DNA of 46,926 nucleotides from Acidimicrobiales bacterium (GTDB lineage Bacteria; Actinomycetota; Acidimicrobiia; Acidimicrobiales; JAMCQF01). Below are positions 34,934 through 42,625 of the stretch, in pieces. Within the stretch, counting starts at the first letter, position 1. Every line of letters starts with the position of its first letter. The stretch lies in contig DAHXND010000128.1 of assembly GCA_027366675.1 (NCBI GenBank), forward strand, positions 1 to 46,926, in the 5' to 3' direction. Under the pieces are notes generated by a model, which did no database searches, was not told the DNA's origin, and worked only from the letters and a program-made list of their open reading frames with translations. The translations under genes were made by a program, and so were the position numbers.

Positions 34934-35923
34934 ATGACCTGTGGCTGGAATGGCAAGAGGGCTCCTGAGTCTGCCGCCCTGCTAAGACCCGCTCTGCCTG
35001 CGGCCGATCTCGACCGCGAGCAGCGCCACGCCTGGTGGTTCCACCTGGAACAGCTCCTTCAACACGGCTACATGGCGGTGGCCGCTCAGCAGGACGCCGG
35101 GCGTCTCGGAGCATGGCTCACGCGAGTTCGCCTCCGCCTGCTGTCCCTGGGCATAGACGAGCATCGGCACAGGAGATCATGGAGCGAATGGCAGTTCCTG
35201 CGACGGATCCGTAGGCGCCTTGCTGCTCCCCTGGCCGCACTGGCAGCGATCGTGACCGGGGGCTCGTACATGGTAAACGAGATCGTGGATAGGCGCGTGG
35301 GCGATCCCGTGGCCACAGCGATCACGGTATGCGGGATCGTAGCTTTCCTAGGCTTCTTCCTCCTCCCGGTTGGCCTGGCCTCCTGGGTCAGCCGGGTCAC
35401 GAGCCCTCTTCCTGGAGAGGCGCTCTTCCACCTGCCTGCCAACGTAGAGCGCTCCCAGCGAGTGCGAGAGGCACTTACCACCCACTTCGATGCTGCATGG
35501 TGCCCGGAGACCGAGAGCCTGGCTTTCCAGTCCTGGAACCGTGCCGAGGAGCTCGTGCTCCTCCTGAGCCGCCTGGAAGATGAGGTACACAGCGAGGCGG
35601 TCCTGCGTGAGCTGGGCAATAGCATCGTCGATCCCCTGTCCGCCCTCGGATCATCCGTCCAGCAGGCCTACCAGGCTGCCGAACGTTCCAGAGGATCAGA
35701 TATCGCCCATCCAATGATCATCCAAGAGACCGTGGACTTGGCTGAGGCCAACCGCTCATGGGCAGAAACCGTTGCCGCGCTGTCTGACCACCACGCGGAC
35801 TGGCCGTGGCAGAAGGCCCCCGCGGAGAGCCGCCTTACCGAGAGCTCGCCTGGAGAATCCAGCTCTATCCAGTCCGGTCCGACCAATCCTGAACCAGCCG
35901 ATCTTCCTCCAGACCTCTCCTGA
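34934..35923 (+). CDS. Hypothetical membrane protein (two predicted TM helices plus a helical C-terminal domain)
   Basis: ORF track 34706..35923; ATG 34934 is a plausible start but unproven. TM candidates are LAAPLAALAAIVTGGSYMV and ATAITVCGIVAFLGFFLLPVGLASWV. No motif recognised. Confidence 0.4.
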   Translation: MTCGWNGKRAPESAALLRPALPAADLDREQRHAWWFHLEQLLQHGYMAVAAQQDAGRLGAWLTRVRLRLLSLGIDEHRHRRSWSEWQFLRRIRRRLAAPLAALAAIVTGGSYMVNEIVDRRVGDPVATAITVCGIVAFLGFFLLPVGLASWVSRVTSPLPGEALFHLPANVERSQRVREALTTHFDAAWCPETESLAFQSWNRAEELVLLLSRLEDEVHSEAVLRELGNSIVDPLSALGSSVQQAYQAAERSRGSDIAHPMIIQETVDLAEANRSWAETVAALSDHHADWPWQKAPAESRLTESSPGESSSIQSGPTNPEPADLPPDLS

Positions 35924-35934
35924 GCCGACCGGGG

Positions 35935-36134
35935 GGCCCGCCTGGAGCCCACCGTGGCCTGACCGTGCGCCAACCGTGAGGCCCGCCTGGAGCCCACCGT
36001 GGGCCGGAGGGCCCACCGTGGGCCGGGAAGCCCGTTCAGGCCAGCGAAACCCTATGCCCGCCCTGCGAGACCCGGCTCACTGCCCGCCCTGCGAGACCCT
36101 ATGCCCGCCCTGCGAGACCCGGCTCACTGCCCGC
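35935..36134. repeat. Composite intergenic direct repeats in the convergent gap, reaching the DUF3501 stop
   Basis: ggcccgcctggagcccaccgtgg occurs at 35935 and 35980. gcccgccctgcgagaccc occurs at 36056, 36082 and 36103. ggctcactgcccgc occurs at 36074 and 36121. Confidence 0.85.
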
Positions 36135-36789
36135 GGAGATCGGCGAGCAGCGACGCCTTCGTCCTGTCACCGAGCAGTGTGGCCTCCCGGTAGGCGGGGT
36201 GATCGATAGCGAGGGCCACTGGTTCGCGGGCGAAGCGCTCTATCGCGTCACTCCCGAGCCCGAACCGCAGGTAATGCACCGACGCAGTTACTGCCTCCCT
36301 CGTGAGCATCTCGGACTGCTCGGCGTCGGGTACCGCCCGCACGACCAGCTCGGAGCCATCACCGGAGGGCAACGGCGCTGCCTCCGAGGTTCCACCAGCA
36401 CCTATCACCAGGAGCACCGAACGCTCTATCCCGACGAGCTTGGGCAGCCATTCCCTCAGCTCCTCGTCAGTAGTGAGCTCGATGAACAACGTGGCAGACA
36501 GCTCTCCAGGATTCGGTATCAACGGGTTGTACGCTTCCAGCTCCTCCAGGACCTGGCTGTCCTCCAGCATCCGCTCAGCTCTCACCATCTCCTGGACCTG
36601 ATACCAGATCGTTACACGATTCTCAAAGACCAGCGTCACCAACGGTCCAACACCGACCCGGCGATCCCGTTTCAGTGCCATCACCTCGGCGCGTCGAGCA
36701 TCCCGCTCCCTCTCGTAGGCCCGCAGGTCGAGGATGTCCGCCAAGTCAAGCTGACGGCGCATGGAACCAGCAGGCCGCTCCGCTGTCAT
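36124..36789 (-). CDS. DUF3501-family protein
   Basis: LDLADILDLRAYERERDARRAEVMALKRDRRVGVGPLVTLVFENRVTIWYQVQEMVRAERM resembles my recollection of DUF3501. The gene is coupled by ATGA overlap to the upstream Fe-S protein gene. Confidence 0.65.
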   Translation of the reverse strand: MTAERPAGSMRRQLDLADILDLRAYERERDARRAEVMALKRDRRVGVGPLVTLVFENRVTIWYQVQEMVRAERMLEDSQVLEELEAYNPLIPNPGELSATLFIELTTDEELREWLPKLVGIERSVLLVIGAGGTSEAAPLPSGDGSELVVRAVPDAEQSEMLTREAVTASVHYLRFGLGSDAIERFAREPVALAIDHPAYREATLLGDRTKASLLADLRGQ

Positions 36790-38243
36790 CGCTCCTCGGG
36801 GATCCCATAGGCGCGAGCAAGGAGCTGGATAGGGTGGCGCGATCTCTCGCCTGTCTCCTCGAATATCGCCCCATTAGCCAGATGGCAATCCCCGCAGACA
36901 GCATCGCCGGCTGCGCTCTCTATGCCACGTGCCAACGGCTGGGCAACCTTCCTGGCAAGATCATAGTTTGCACTACGATATCCCCAGGTACCGTCTATCC
37001 CGGAGCAACGCTCCACCAGGCTTACGTCCATGCCGGCAGTGCGGAGGAGATCCTGAGCTCTCACCCCTATGCTCTGAGCCCGCAGGTGGCAGGCTACGTG
37101 ATAGGTAACCTTGGCTGGCACCTCGCCCGTGAAATCAGTCCGTAAGGTTCCACGGCCCAGTGACTCCATCCGGGACAGGTACTCACACGCGTCGAAGACC
37201 TGACCAGCCACCACCTTCGCCTGGGTGCTCTTCAGGTAGCGGGGATAGTCCTGCCTGAGCACGTAGCCACACGTGGGCTGCGCGACGATGATGGGAACCC
37301 CAGATGCCGCCAGGCTGAAGAGTGCTTCGACATTATGCTCGGCCGCGCGCCGGAACTTTCGCACGTCCCCGCCGTGCAACCATGGAGCGCCGCAGCAACG
37401 CGTGCCTGGCGGAATCTCGCACGGGATCTGGTTATGCTCGTAGACCTTGACCAGGTCCTTCCCGATCCCTGGCTCCATGTACTCGATGAAGCACGTCGCG
37501 AACACGGCCACTCCCCGATCCGACTCACCGGCGTGTGACGGCTGCTCGTCGCCAGGCCTATCTCCAACGGCCGGAGAGCCAGCCACCGGAGAGCCAACGG
37601 CCGGATTTCCAGCGCCTGGATTTCCAGCCGCCGGAGAGCCAACGGCCGGAGAGCCAGCGGCCGGAGAGCCCTCGGGCAGCGACTGGACCATGATCGGTGG
37701 CACACGCCGGTGGAACCACGTGGTGAACCGCTCCCTCGCATAGGGAGGGAGCACCCGCTGCGAGGCGATCCCTGCTGCCTTGTCCATGACACGGCGAGCC
37801 ACGGACCCAGGAGAGCCGATCACGGCGTTCGCCAGCGGAGCAGCAGCCGAGGAGAGACGTCCTACGAGGTCCGTGCGCCCGAGCACCTGGTCCGCCAAGC
37901 GCTCCCTGATGCCACCAGGCTGTGCTACGTGCTTCACCGCGTTGGCCCTCATCATGAGGCGCGGGAAATCAAGCGCCCAGTCGTGAGGAGGCACGTAGGG
38001 ACACTTCACGTAGCACAGCTTGCACTGGTAGCACTCGTCCACCACCTGGTCCTGCTCAGACCTGGTTAGCTCGCTGACCTCTCCATCGCGTGCATCTATG
38101 GCATCGAACAGCGTTGGGAATGCCGGGCACAGGTTGAAGCAAAGCCTGCAACCATGGCACAGCTCGAAGACCCGAGACATCTCCACGCGCAGATCTCTAT
38201 CGTCATAGTACGATACGTGGTCCGGATCATAGGTGGTGGTCAT
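36786..38243 (-). CDS. (Fe-S)-binding protein with two 4Fe-4S ferredoxin motifs and CCG domains (HdrD/GlpC-like)
   Basis: CHGCRLCFNLCP and CYQCKLCYVKCP are followed by cysteine-rich CCG-type segments (TRCCGAPW; CSGIDGTWG). ATG 38243 (MTTTYDP) lies 13 nt after the rubrerythrin stop. Confidence 0.8.
   Translation of the reverse strand: MTTTYDPDHVSYYDDRDLRVEMSRVFELCHGCRLCFNLCPAFPTLFDAIDARDGEVSELTRSEQDQVVDECYQCKLCYVKCPYVPPHDWALDFPRLMMRANAVKHVAQPGGIRERLADQVLGRTDLVGRLSSAAAPLANAVIGSPGSVARRVMDKAAGIASQRVLPPYARERFTTWFHRRVPPIMVQSLPEGSPAAGSPAVGSPAAGNPGAGNPAVGSPVAGSPAVGDRPGDEQPSHAGESDRGVAVFATCFIEYMEPGIGKDLVKVYEHNQIPCEIPPGTRCCGAPWLHGGDVRKFRRAAEHNVEALFSLAASGVPIIVAQPTCGYVLRQDYPRYLKSTQAKVVAGQVFDACEYLSRMESLGRGTLRTDFTGEVPAKVTYHVACHLRAQSIGVRAQDLLRTAGMDVSLVERCSGIDGTWGYRSANYDLARKVAQPLARGIESAAGDAVCGDCHLANGAIFEETGERSRHPIQLLARAYGIPEER
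37566..37670. repeat. In-frame 15-bp tandem repeat, 7 copies, in the linker of the CCG Fe-S protein
   Basis: a(a/g)c(g/c)(g/c)ccgga(gag/ttt)cc occurs seven times. The protein reads GSPAAGSPAVGSPAAGNPGAGNPAVGSPVAGSPAVG. Confidence 0.9.
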
Positions 38244-38256
38244 CGTTCCGGAGACT

Positions 38257-38676
38257 TCAGGAGAGGGAATCCAGACCCTTCTTGAACCGTCCTGCATGAC
38301 TCTTCTCTGCACGGGCCAGAGTCTCGAACCAGTCCGATATCTCCTCGAAGCCCTCATCCCTCGCCACCTTGGCGAATCCCGGGTACATCTCCGTGTACTC
38401 GTACGTCTCGCCCTCGATCGCGGACTTCAGGTTGTCCTGTGTCGGTCCTACAGGCACTCCGGTCACCGGATCTCCCACTTCGCGCAGGTAGTCGAAATGA
38501 CCGAATGCATGCCCCGTCTCGCCCTCTGCTACCGAACGGAAGAGCGCCGCTACGTCGGGGTACCCTTCGACATCTGCCTTCTGGGCGAAGTAGAGGTACC
38601 GCCGGTTGGCCTGGCTCTCGCCCGCGAAACCTGCCTTCAGGTTCTCCCAGGTCTTCGTGTCCTTCAATGCTGGCAT
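38257..38676 (-). CDS. Rubrerythrin-family diiron protein lacking a rubredoxin domain
   Basis: [31 protein letters not shown]...[12 protein letters not shown]...[14 protein letters not shown]...[11 protein letters not shown] gives the ExxH diiron ligand pairs. There is no C-terminal CxxC pair. The start is ATG 38676. Confidence 0.85.
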   Translation of the reverse strand: MPALKDTKTWENLKAGFAGESQANRRYLYFAQKADVEGYPDVAALFRSVAEGETGHAFGHFDYLREVGDPVTGVPVGPTQDNLKSAIEGETYEYTEMYPGFAKVARDEGFEEISDWFETLARAEKSHAGRFKKGLDSLS

Positions 38677-38733
38677 AGGTCGCCTACCTTTCTCTCTGTT
38701 CTCTGTTCTCTGGCTATTTCTTCTGTACATGCG

Positions 38734-39183
38734 CTACGAAGGGGTGCTCGTCGAGATGCAGTCCGCACACAGGCCCCGGAAGACGACCTCTGGCTCGCCC
38801 ACTACGAAGCCATTGGACGCTGCCACCTCCTCCGGCAGGCTCAACGGACCGAGATCGCACTCGATGTCCTGAACCTTACCGCAGGAGCGGCAGACCAGGT
38901 GGTGGTGTCGCCGCTCGACATTCGGGTCGAAGAGCGCCATGCCCGTCCCCAGGTCCATCTCCACGATCTCCCCCAGCTGGGCCAGGTCGTGGAGAGTCTC
39001 GTACACGGTCTTCAGAGATATCGTGCCGAGGTCGCCGCGCACCGACTCGTAGACCACCTCTGCCGAGGGATGCGAGGTGTTTCCCTCGAGCACTCTGAAG
39101 ATCCGCTCACGCTGGGGCGTGACTCTCTTCCCGTTCGCCCGGAACAGATCCGAGAGCTCCTCTGCGCTGCGCATATCAGGCAT
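38734..39183 (-). CDS. Fur-family metalloregulator (PerR/FurA-like)
   Basis: RVTPQRERIFRVLEG...SAEVVYESV (winged helix), HHHLVCRSCGKV and a C-terminal CADC (structural Zn CxxC pairs). It sits directly upstream of rubrerythrin. Confidence 0.85.
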   Translation of the reverse strand: MPDMRSAEELSDLFRANGKRVTPQRERIFRVLEGNTSHPSAEVVYESVRGDLGTISLKTVYETLHDLAQLGEIVEMDLGTGMALFDPNVERRHHHLVCRSCGKVQDIECDLGPLSLPEEVAASNGFVVGEPEVVFRGLCADCISTSTPS

Positions 39184-39196
39184 TCTAGACTAACCT

Positions 39197-39224
39197 ACAA
39201 TAATTGTCAAGGAGCAATTATTGT
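39197..39224. promoter_or_regulatory. AT-rich inverted repeat ACAATAATTG-N8-CAATTATTGT; predicted Fur/PerR-type operator in the fur-like/glpD divergent region
   Basis: 10-bp perfect arms, read directly. It is the only markedly AT-rich patch in this part of the window. It lies 14 nt upstream of the regulator start codon and about 55 nt upstream of the glpD ATG. Confidence 0.5.
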
Positions 39225-39278
39225 GATCTAGTGCCTCTGCTACCGCTCCAGAGCGCACTGTGGCAGGCTGGGAACCCG

Positions 39279-41009
39279 ATGCCAGAGAGCACTCCACAAC
39301 CCCCAGCCATAGCCAGGCGCGCTGCCTCCCTGAGCCGCATGGCCAACGAGGTGTTCGACGTTCTGGTCGTTGGTGGCGGTATCACGGGCGCGGGAGTAGC
39401 TCTCGAGGCGGCTGCCCGCGGCCTGAGCGTCGCGCTTGCCGAGCGTGGCGACATCGCCCGAGGTACCTCGTCGCGCTCCAGCAAGCTCATCCATGGAGGC
39501 CTGCGCTACCTGCAGAGTCATGAGATCGGCCTGGTAGCCGAGAGCCTTGCCGAGCGCCAGCGTCTCCTCGAAAATGCGCCCCACCTGGTAACGCCGCTGC
39601 CGTTCCTGATACCGCTTTTCGGGCGTGATGGCGTGGTGAACCGCACCGTGGCCAGGACCTACGGGACGGCTCTGTGGATGTACGACCTGGCTGGGGGCTG
39701 GCGCATCGGCCGCAGGCATCGCCGTGTCGGCCGGGACGAGGTGATCCGCCACCTGCCTACCATGCGCAGCGACCGCCTGGTAGCGGGCTTCCTCTACTAC
39801 GACGCGCGGGCTGATGACGCTCGCCTCACCCTCGCCGTGCTGCGCAGCGCCAGCGAGGAGCTCGGTGCAGCAGTTGCCACCTATGCTCCGGTGACACGCC
39901 TGCTCCCGGAGGCAGGAGATCAGGCCGTGAGCGGTGCCCTGATCTCCCCTCTGGCCCCTGGCGAGGACCCGGGCGATAGTTCCCTCGGCACGAGCACAGT
40001 GGAGGTGAGAGCCAGAGCGGTCGTGAACGCCACCGGGATCTGGGCAGACGACCTGATAGCGTTGGATCAGGGTAGCCATCCGAACGCGATGCGCCCTGCG
40101 AAGGGAATCCACATAGCAGTCCCCAGGGAGAAGCTCCCCTGCGACATAGCAGTCGTCGTGCCTGTCGCTGCAGATCGCAGGTCTATCTTCGTCATACCAT
40201 GGGGGACCCACACCTACATAGGCACCACTGATACCGACTACGAGGGTTCCATGGACGAGCCAGACTGCACAGAGGAAGACGTCTCCTACATACTCGACGC
40301 GCTGAACGCGGCCCTTGGCGAACCTATAGAGCTCTCCGATGTAACCGGAGCGTGGGCAGGGCTACGGCCCCTGCTCAATCCACCCGGAGGCACCGCCAGC
40401 ACGAGCTCCCGCACTGCGGATCTATCACGGCGGCACGTCGTGAAGGTCTCCGAGCGAGGGCTCGTCACCGTGACGGGAGGCAAGCTCACCACTTACCGCA
40501 AGATGGCTTCCGACACCGTAGACGTGGTGGTTGACCGCCTGGGACGCGGTGCCCGGCGAAGCCCTACGAAGACCTGGAAGCTCCATGGGGCAGACGGCAC
40601 CGCTCAGCTTCGGGCCCCTGGAAGCGCTGCCCGCCTCGGCATAGCCGAGTCGACGCTGGAGCACCTGATCTCACGCCATGGCGGGGAGGCGCGTGCTCTG
40701 TGGGCACTGGTTGAGCAGGATAGCTCCCTGGGCGAGCCTCTTGTTCCCGGCCTGCCGTACCTGAGGGCGGAAGCCATCTTCGCCGTACGCGAGGAATGGG
40801 CGCTCACGCTCGAGGACATCCTGGCCCGACGTACCAGGGCGTTGCTACTGGACGCCGGGGCGACCCTGGCATCGGCCCGTGACGTAGCCGAGCTGATAGC
40901 TCCCGAGCTTGGCTGGAGCGCAGAGGACATAGCGCGTCACGTGAATGCGTTCCGGGACAGCTCCCTGCGCTTCTACCGCGCTGGCAACCTGGCAGGTGCA
41001 CAGACGTGA
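39279..41009 (+). CDS. glpD: FAD-dependent glycerol-3-phosphate dehydrogenase
   Basis: FDVLVVGGGITGAGVALEAAARGLSVALAERGDIARGTSSRSSKLIHGGLRYL is the canonical GlpD N-terminus, and the length of about 576 aa is appropriate. The start is ATG 39279. Confidence 0.9.
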   Translation: MPESTPQPPAIARRAASLSRMANEVFDVLVVGGGITGAGVALEAAARGLSVALAERGDIARGTSSRSSKLIHGGLRYLQSHEIGLVAESLAERQRLLENAPHLVTPLPFLIPLFGRDGVVNRTVARTYGTALWMYDLAGGWRIGRRHRRVGRDEVIRHLPTMRSDRLVAGFLYYDARADDARLTLAVLRSASEELGAAVATYAPVTRLLPEAGDQAVSGALISPLAPGEDPGDSSLGTSTVEVRARAVVNATGIWADDLIALDQGSHPNAMRPAKGIHIAVPREKLPCDIAVVVPVAADRRSIFVIPWGTHTYIGTTDTDYEGSMDEPDCTEEDVSYILDALNAALGEPIELSDVTGAWAGLRPLLNPPGGTASTSSRTADLSRRHVVKVSERGLVTVTGGKLTTYRKMASDTVDVVVDRLGRGARRSPTKTWKLHGADGTAQLRAPGSAARLGIAESTLEHLISRHGGEARALWALVEQDSSLGEPLVPGLPYLRAEAIFAVREEWALTLEDILARRTRALLLDAGATLASARDVAELIAPELGWSAEDIARHVNAFRDSSLRFYRAGNLAGAQT

Positions 41010-42625
41010 GCCCAGATCCCACAGACAGCCTGGCCGGGCAAGAGAGCCACGGCTCTGGTGGCAACCCGGAACCTGCTCACGAGCGAACCCACCCCCAGGA
41101 GCCACCTGTACCCCTGCCTGCTGACGCTTCCCTGATCCGCTCACGGTTCTCTACCCGGAGCGTCGAGGTGGACTCCGCGCTGCTCGGCCGGCTGGAATCC
41201 ACAGGAGCGGCGGTCACGACCGCACCAGCATGTGCAGACCTCGGCCGCGACTGGTGGCCGCTCGCCCTGCACTGGTCCACCCATGGCGAGGTCCCCGCCC
41301 TCCCGGCAGCCGCCGTGCGGCCTTCGGCCATCGAACAGGTAGCCGAGATAGTGCAAGCCTGCAACGAGGCTCGCGTGCCACTGACGGTCTCTGGAGGAAG
41401 GAGCGGCGTGTGCGGGGGTAGCGTTCCGGCCTACGGGGGAGTGATGCTGGACCTGACTGACCTCACGGGAATATACCGTGTGGACGCGGAGTCGGGGACA
41501 GTCGGGGTGCTTCCCGGCACCATGGGACCAGATCTCGAGAATGAGCTCAGAGGCACTTACGGCCTCACGGTCGGTCACTGGCCGCAGTCCATGGCGCTCG
41601 CGACCGTGGGAGGATGGATCGCCTGCCGAGGGGCAGGCCAGTACTCCACCCGCTACGGCAAGATCGAGGATATCGTCTCGGGACTGGATGTTGTGCTGGC
41701 CGACGGGCATTCTGTGCACACAGCACCATCTTCTCCTCGTGCGGCCATGGGACCGGATCTCACCCAGCTGTTCGTCGGAAGCGAGGGAACCCTGGGCGTC
41801 ATAGTGGGAGCTCGCCTCAGGGCGCACCCAGTACCTCCCGCCGAACGGAGGGGCGCCTGGGGCCTCCCGTCGTTCGAGGCGGGGCTGGAGGTCTCTCGGC
41901 GGATCCTCCGTCGCGGCGCCACACCTGCCGTTCTCCGGCTCTATGACCCTGTCGAATCCGCACGCACCTTCGATGTCGACGATGCGGCCGTCCTCGTCGT
42001 CCTCGATGAGGCAGACGAGCACCTGCTGGAAGCGACCATGAGCATCGTGAGCGAGGAGGCTGGGCGTGCAGGAGACGAGTTGCCCGTATCCCTGGCAGAC
42101 AGGTGGTACGCGAACCGGAACGACGTGAGCGTCCTCGGCCCCTTGGTCCAGGCGGGGATCGTGGTCGACACTATCGAGATCGCAGCCAGCTGGAGCGCCC
42201 TTCCCACGCTCTACGAGAACGCCTTGAGGGATCTCATGTCCCTGGACGGGATCCTGGCGGCCTCGGCACACGAGTCTCACGCCTACAGCGACGGTGCCTG
42301 CCTCTACTTCACATTCGCCGGCCGCCCTCCGGACGGAGCGGGTAGCGACAGCGGCAAGGGCGTGGCGAGCGAAGCCACCCTAGCCTGGATGGAGTCGTTC
42401 TATACGAAGGCCTGGGATGCCGTCATGGGGGCTACCCTCGCATGCGACGGCGCGATCAGCCATCACCACGGCATAGGTCTGAACCGCGCCAGGTACCTGA
42501 GCAGAGCGCTCGGCTCCGGCTTCGGGGTGCTGGCCACGTTGAAGTCGGCCCTCGACCCCCAGGGCATACTGAACCCCGGGAAGCTGGCTCTGCCCTCGAC
42601 GTTCGGAGAGGCCCCCTGGCCGTGA
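41006..42625 (+). CDS. FAD-linked oxidase (FAD_binding_4/PCMH fold; alkyl-DHAP synthase / GlcD-like)
   Basis: VRPSAIEQVAEIVQACNEARVPLTVSGGRSGVCGGSVP...GGVMLDLTDL and GPDLTQLFVGSEGTLGVI, with a C-terminal HHHGIGLNRARY...LDPQGILNPGKL. The GTG start overlaps the glpD stop (GTGA). Confidence 0.8.
   Translation: MSPDPTDSLAGQESHGSGGNPEPAHERTHPQEPPVPLPADASLIRSRFSTRSVEVDSALLGRLESTGAAVTTAPACADLGRDWWPLALHWSTHGEVPALPAAAVRPSAIEQVAEIVQACNEARVPLTVSGGRSGVCGGSVPAYGGVMLDLTDLTGIYRVDAESGTVGVLPGTMGPDLENELRGTYGLTVGHWPQSMALATVGGWIACRGAGQYSTRYGKIEDIVSGLDVVLADGHSVHTAPSSPRAAMGPDLTQLFVGSEGTLGVIVGARLRAHPVPPAERRGAWGLPSFEAGLEVSRRILRRGATPAVLRLYDPVESARTFDVDDAAVLVVLDEADEHLLEATMSIVSEEAGRAGDELPVSLADRWYANRNDVSVLGPLVQAGIVVDTIEIAASWSALPTLYENALRDLMSLDGILAASAHESHAYSDGACLYFTFAGRPPDGAGSDSGKGVASEATLAWMESFYTKAWDAVMGATLACDGAISHHHGIGLNRARYLSRALGSGFGVLATLKSALDPQGILNPGKLALPSTFGEAPWP

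Noticed and set aside
38233-39231. A 332-aa plus-strand ORF spanning the rubrerythrin and Fur-like genes.
   Set aside because: It is antisense to two genes with clear family motifs. Its composition is Leu/Arg/Val-rich and typical of a shadow frame. It would also run through the AT-rich operator.
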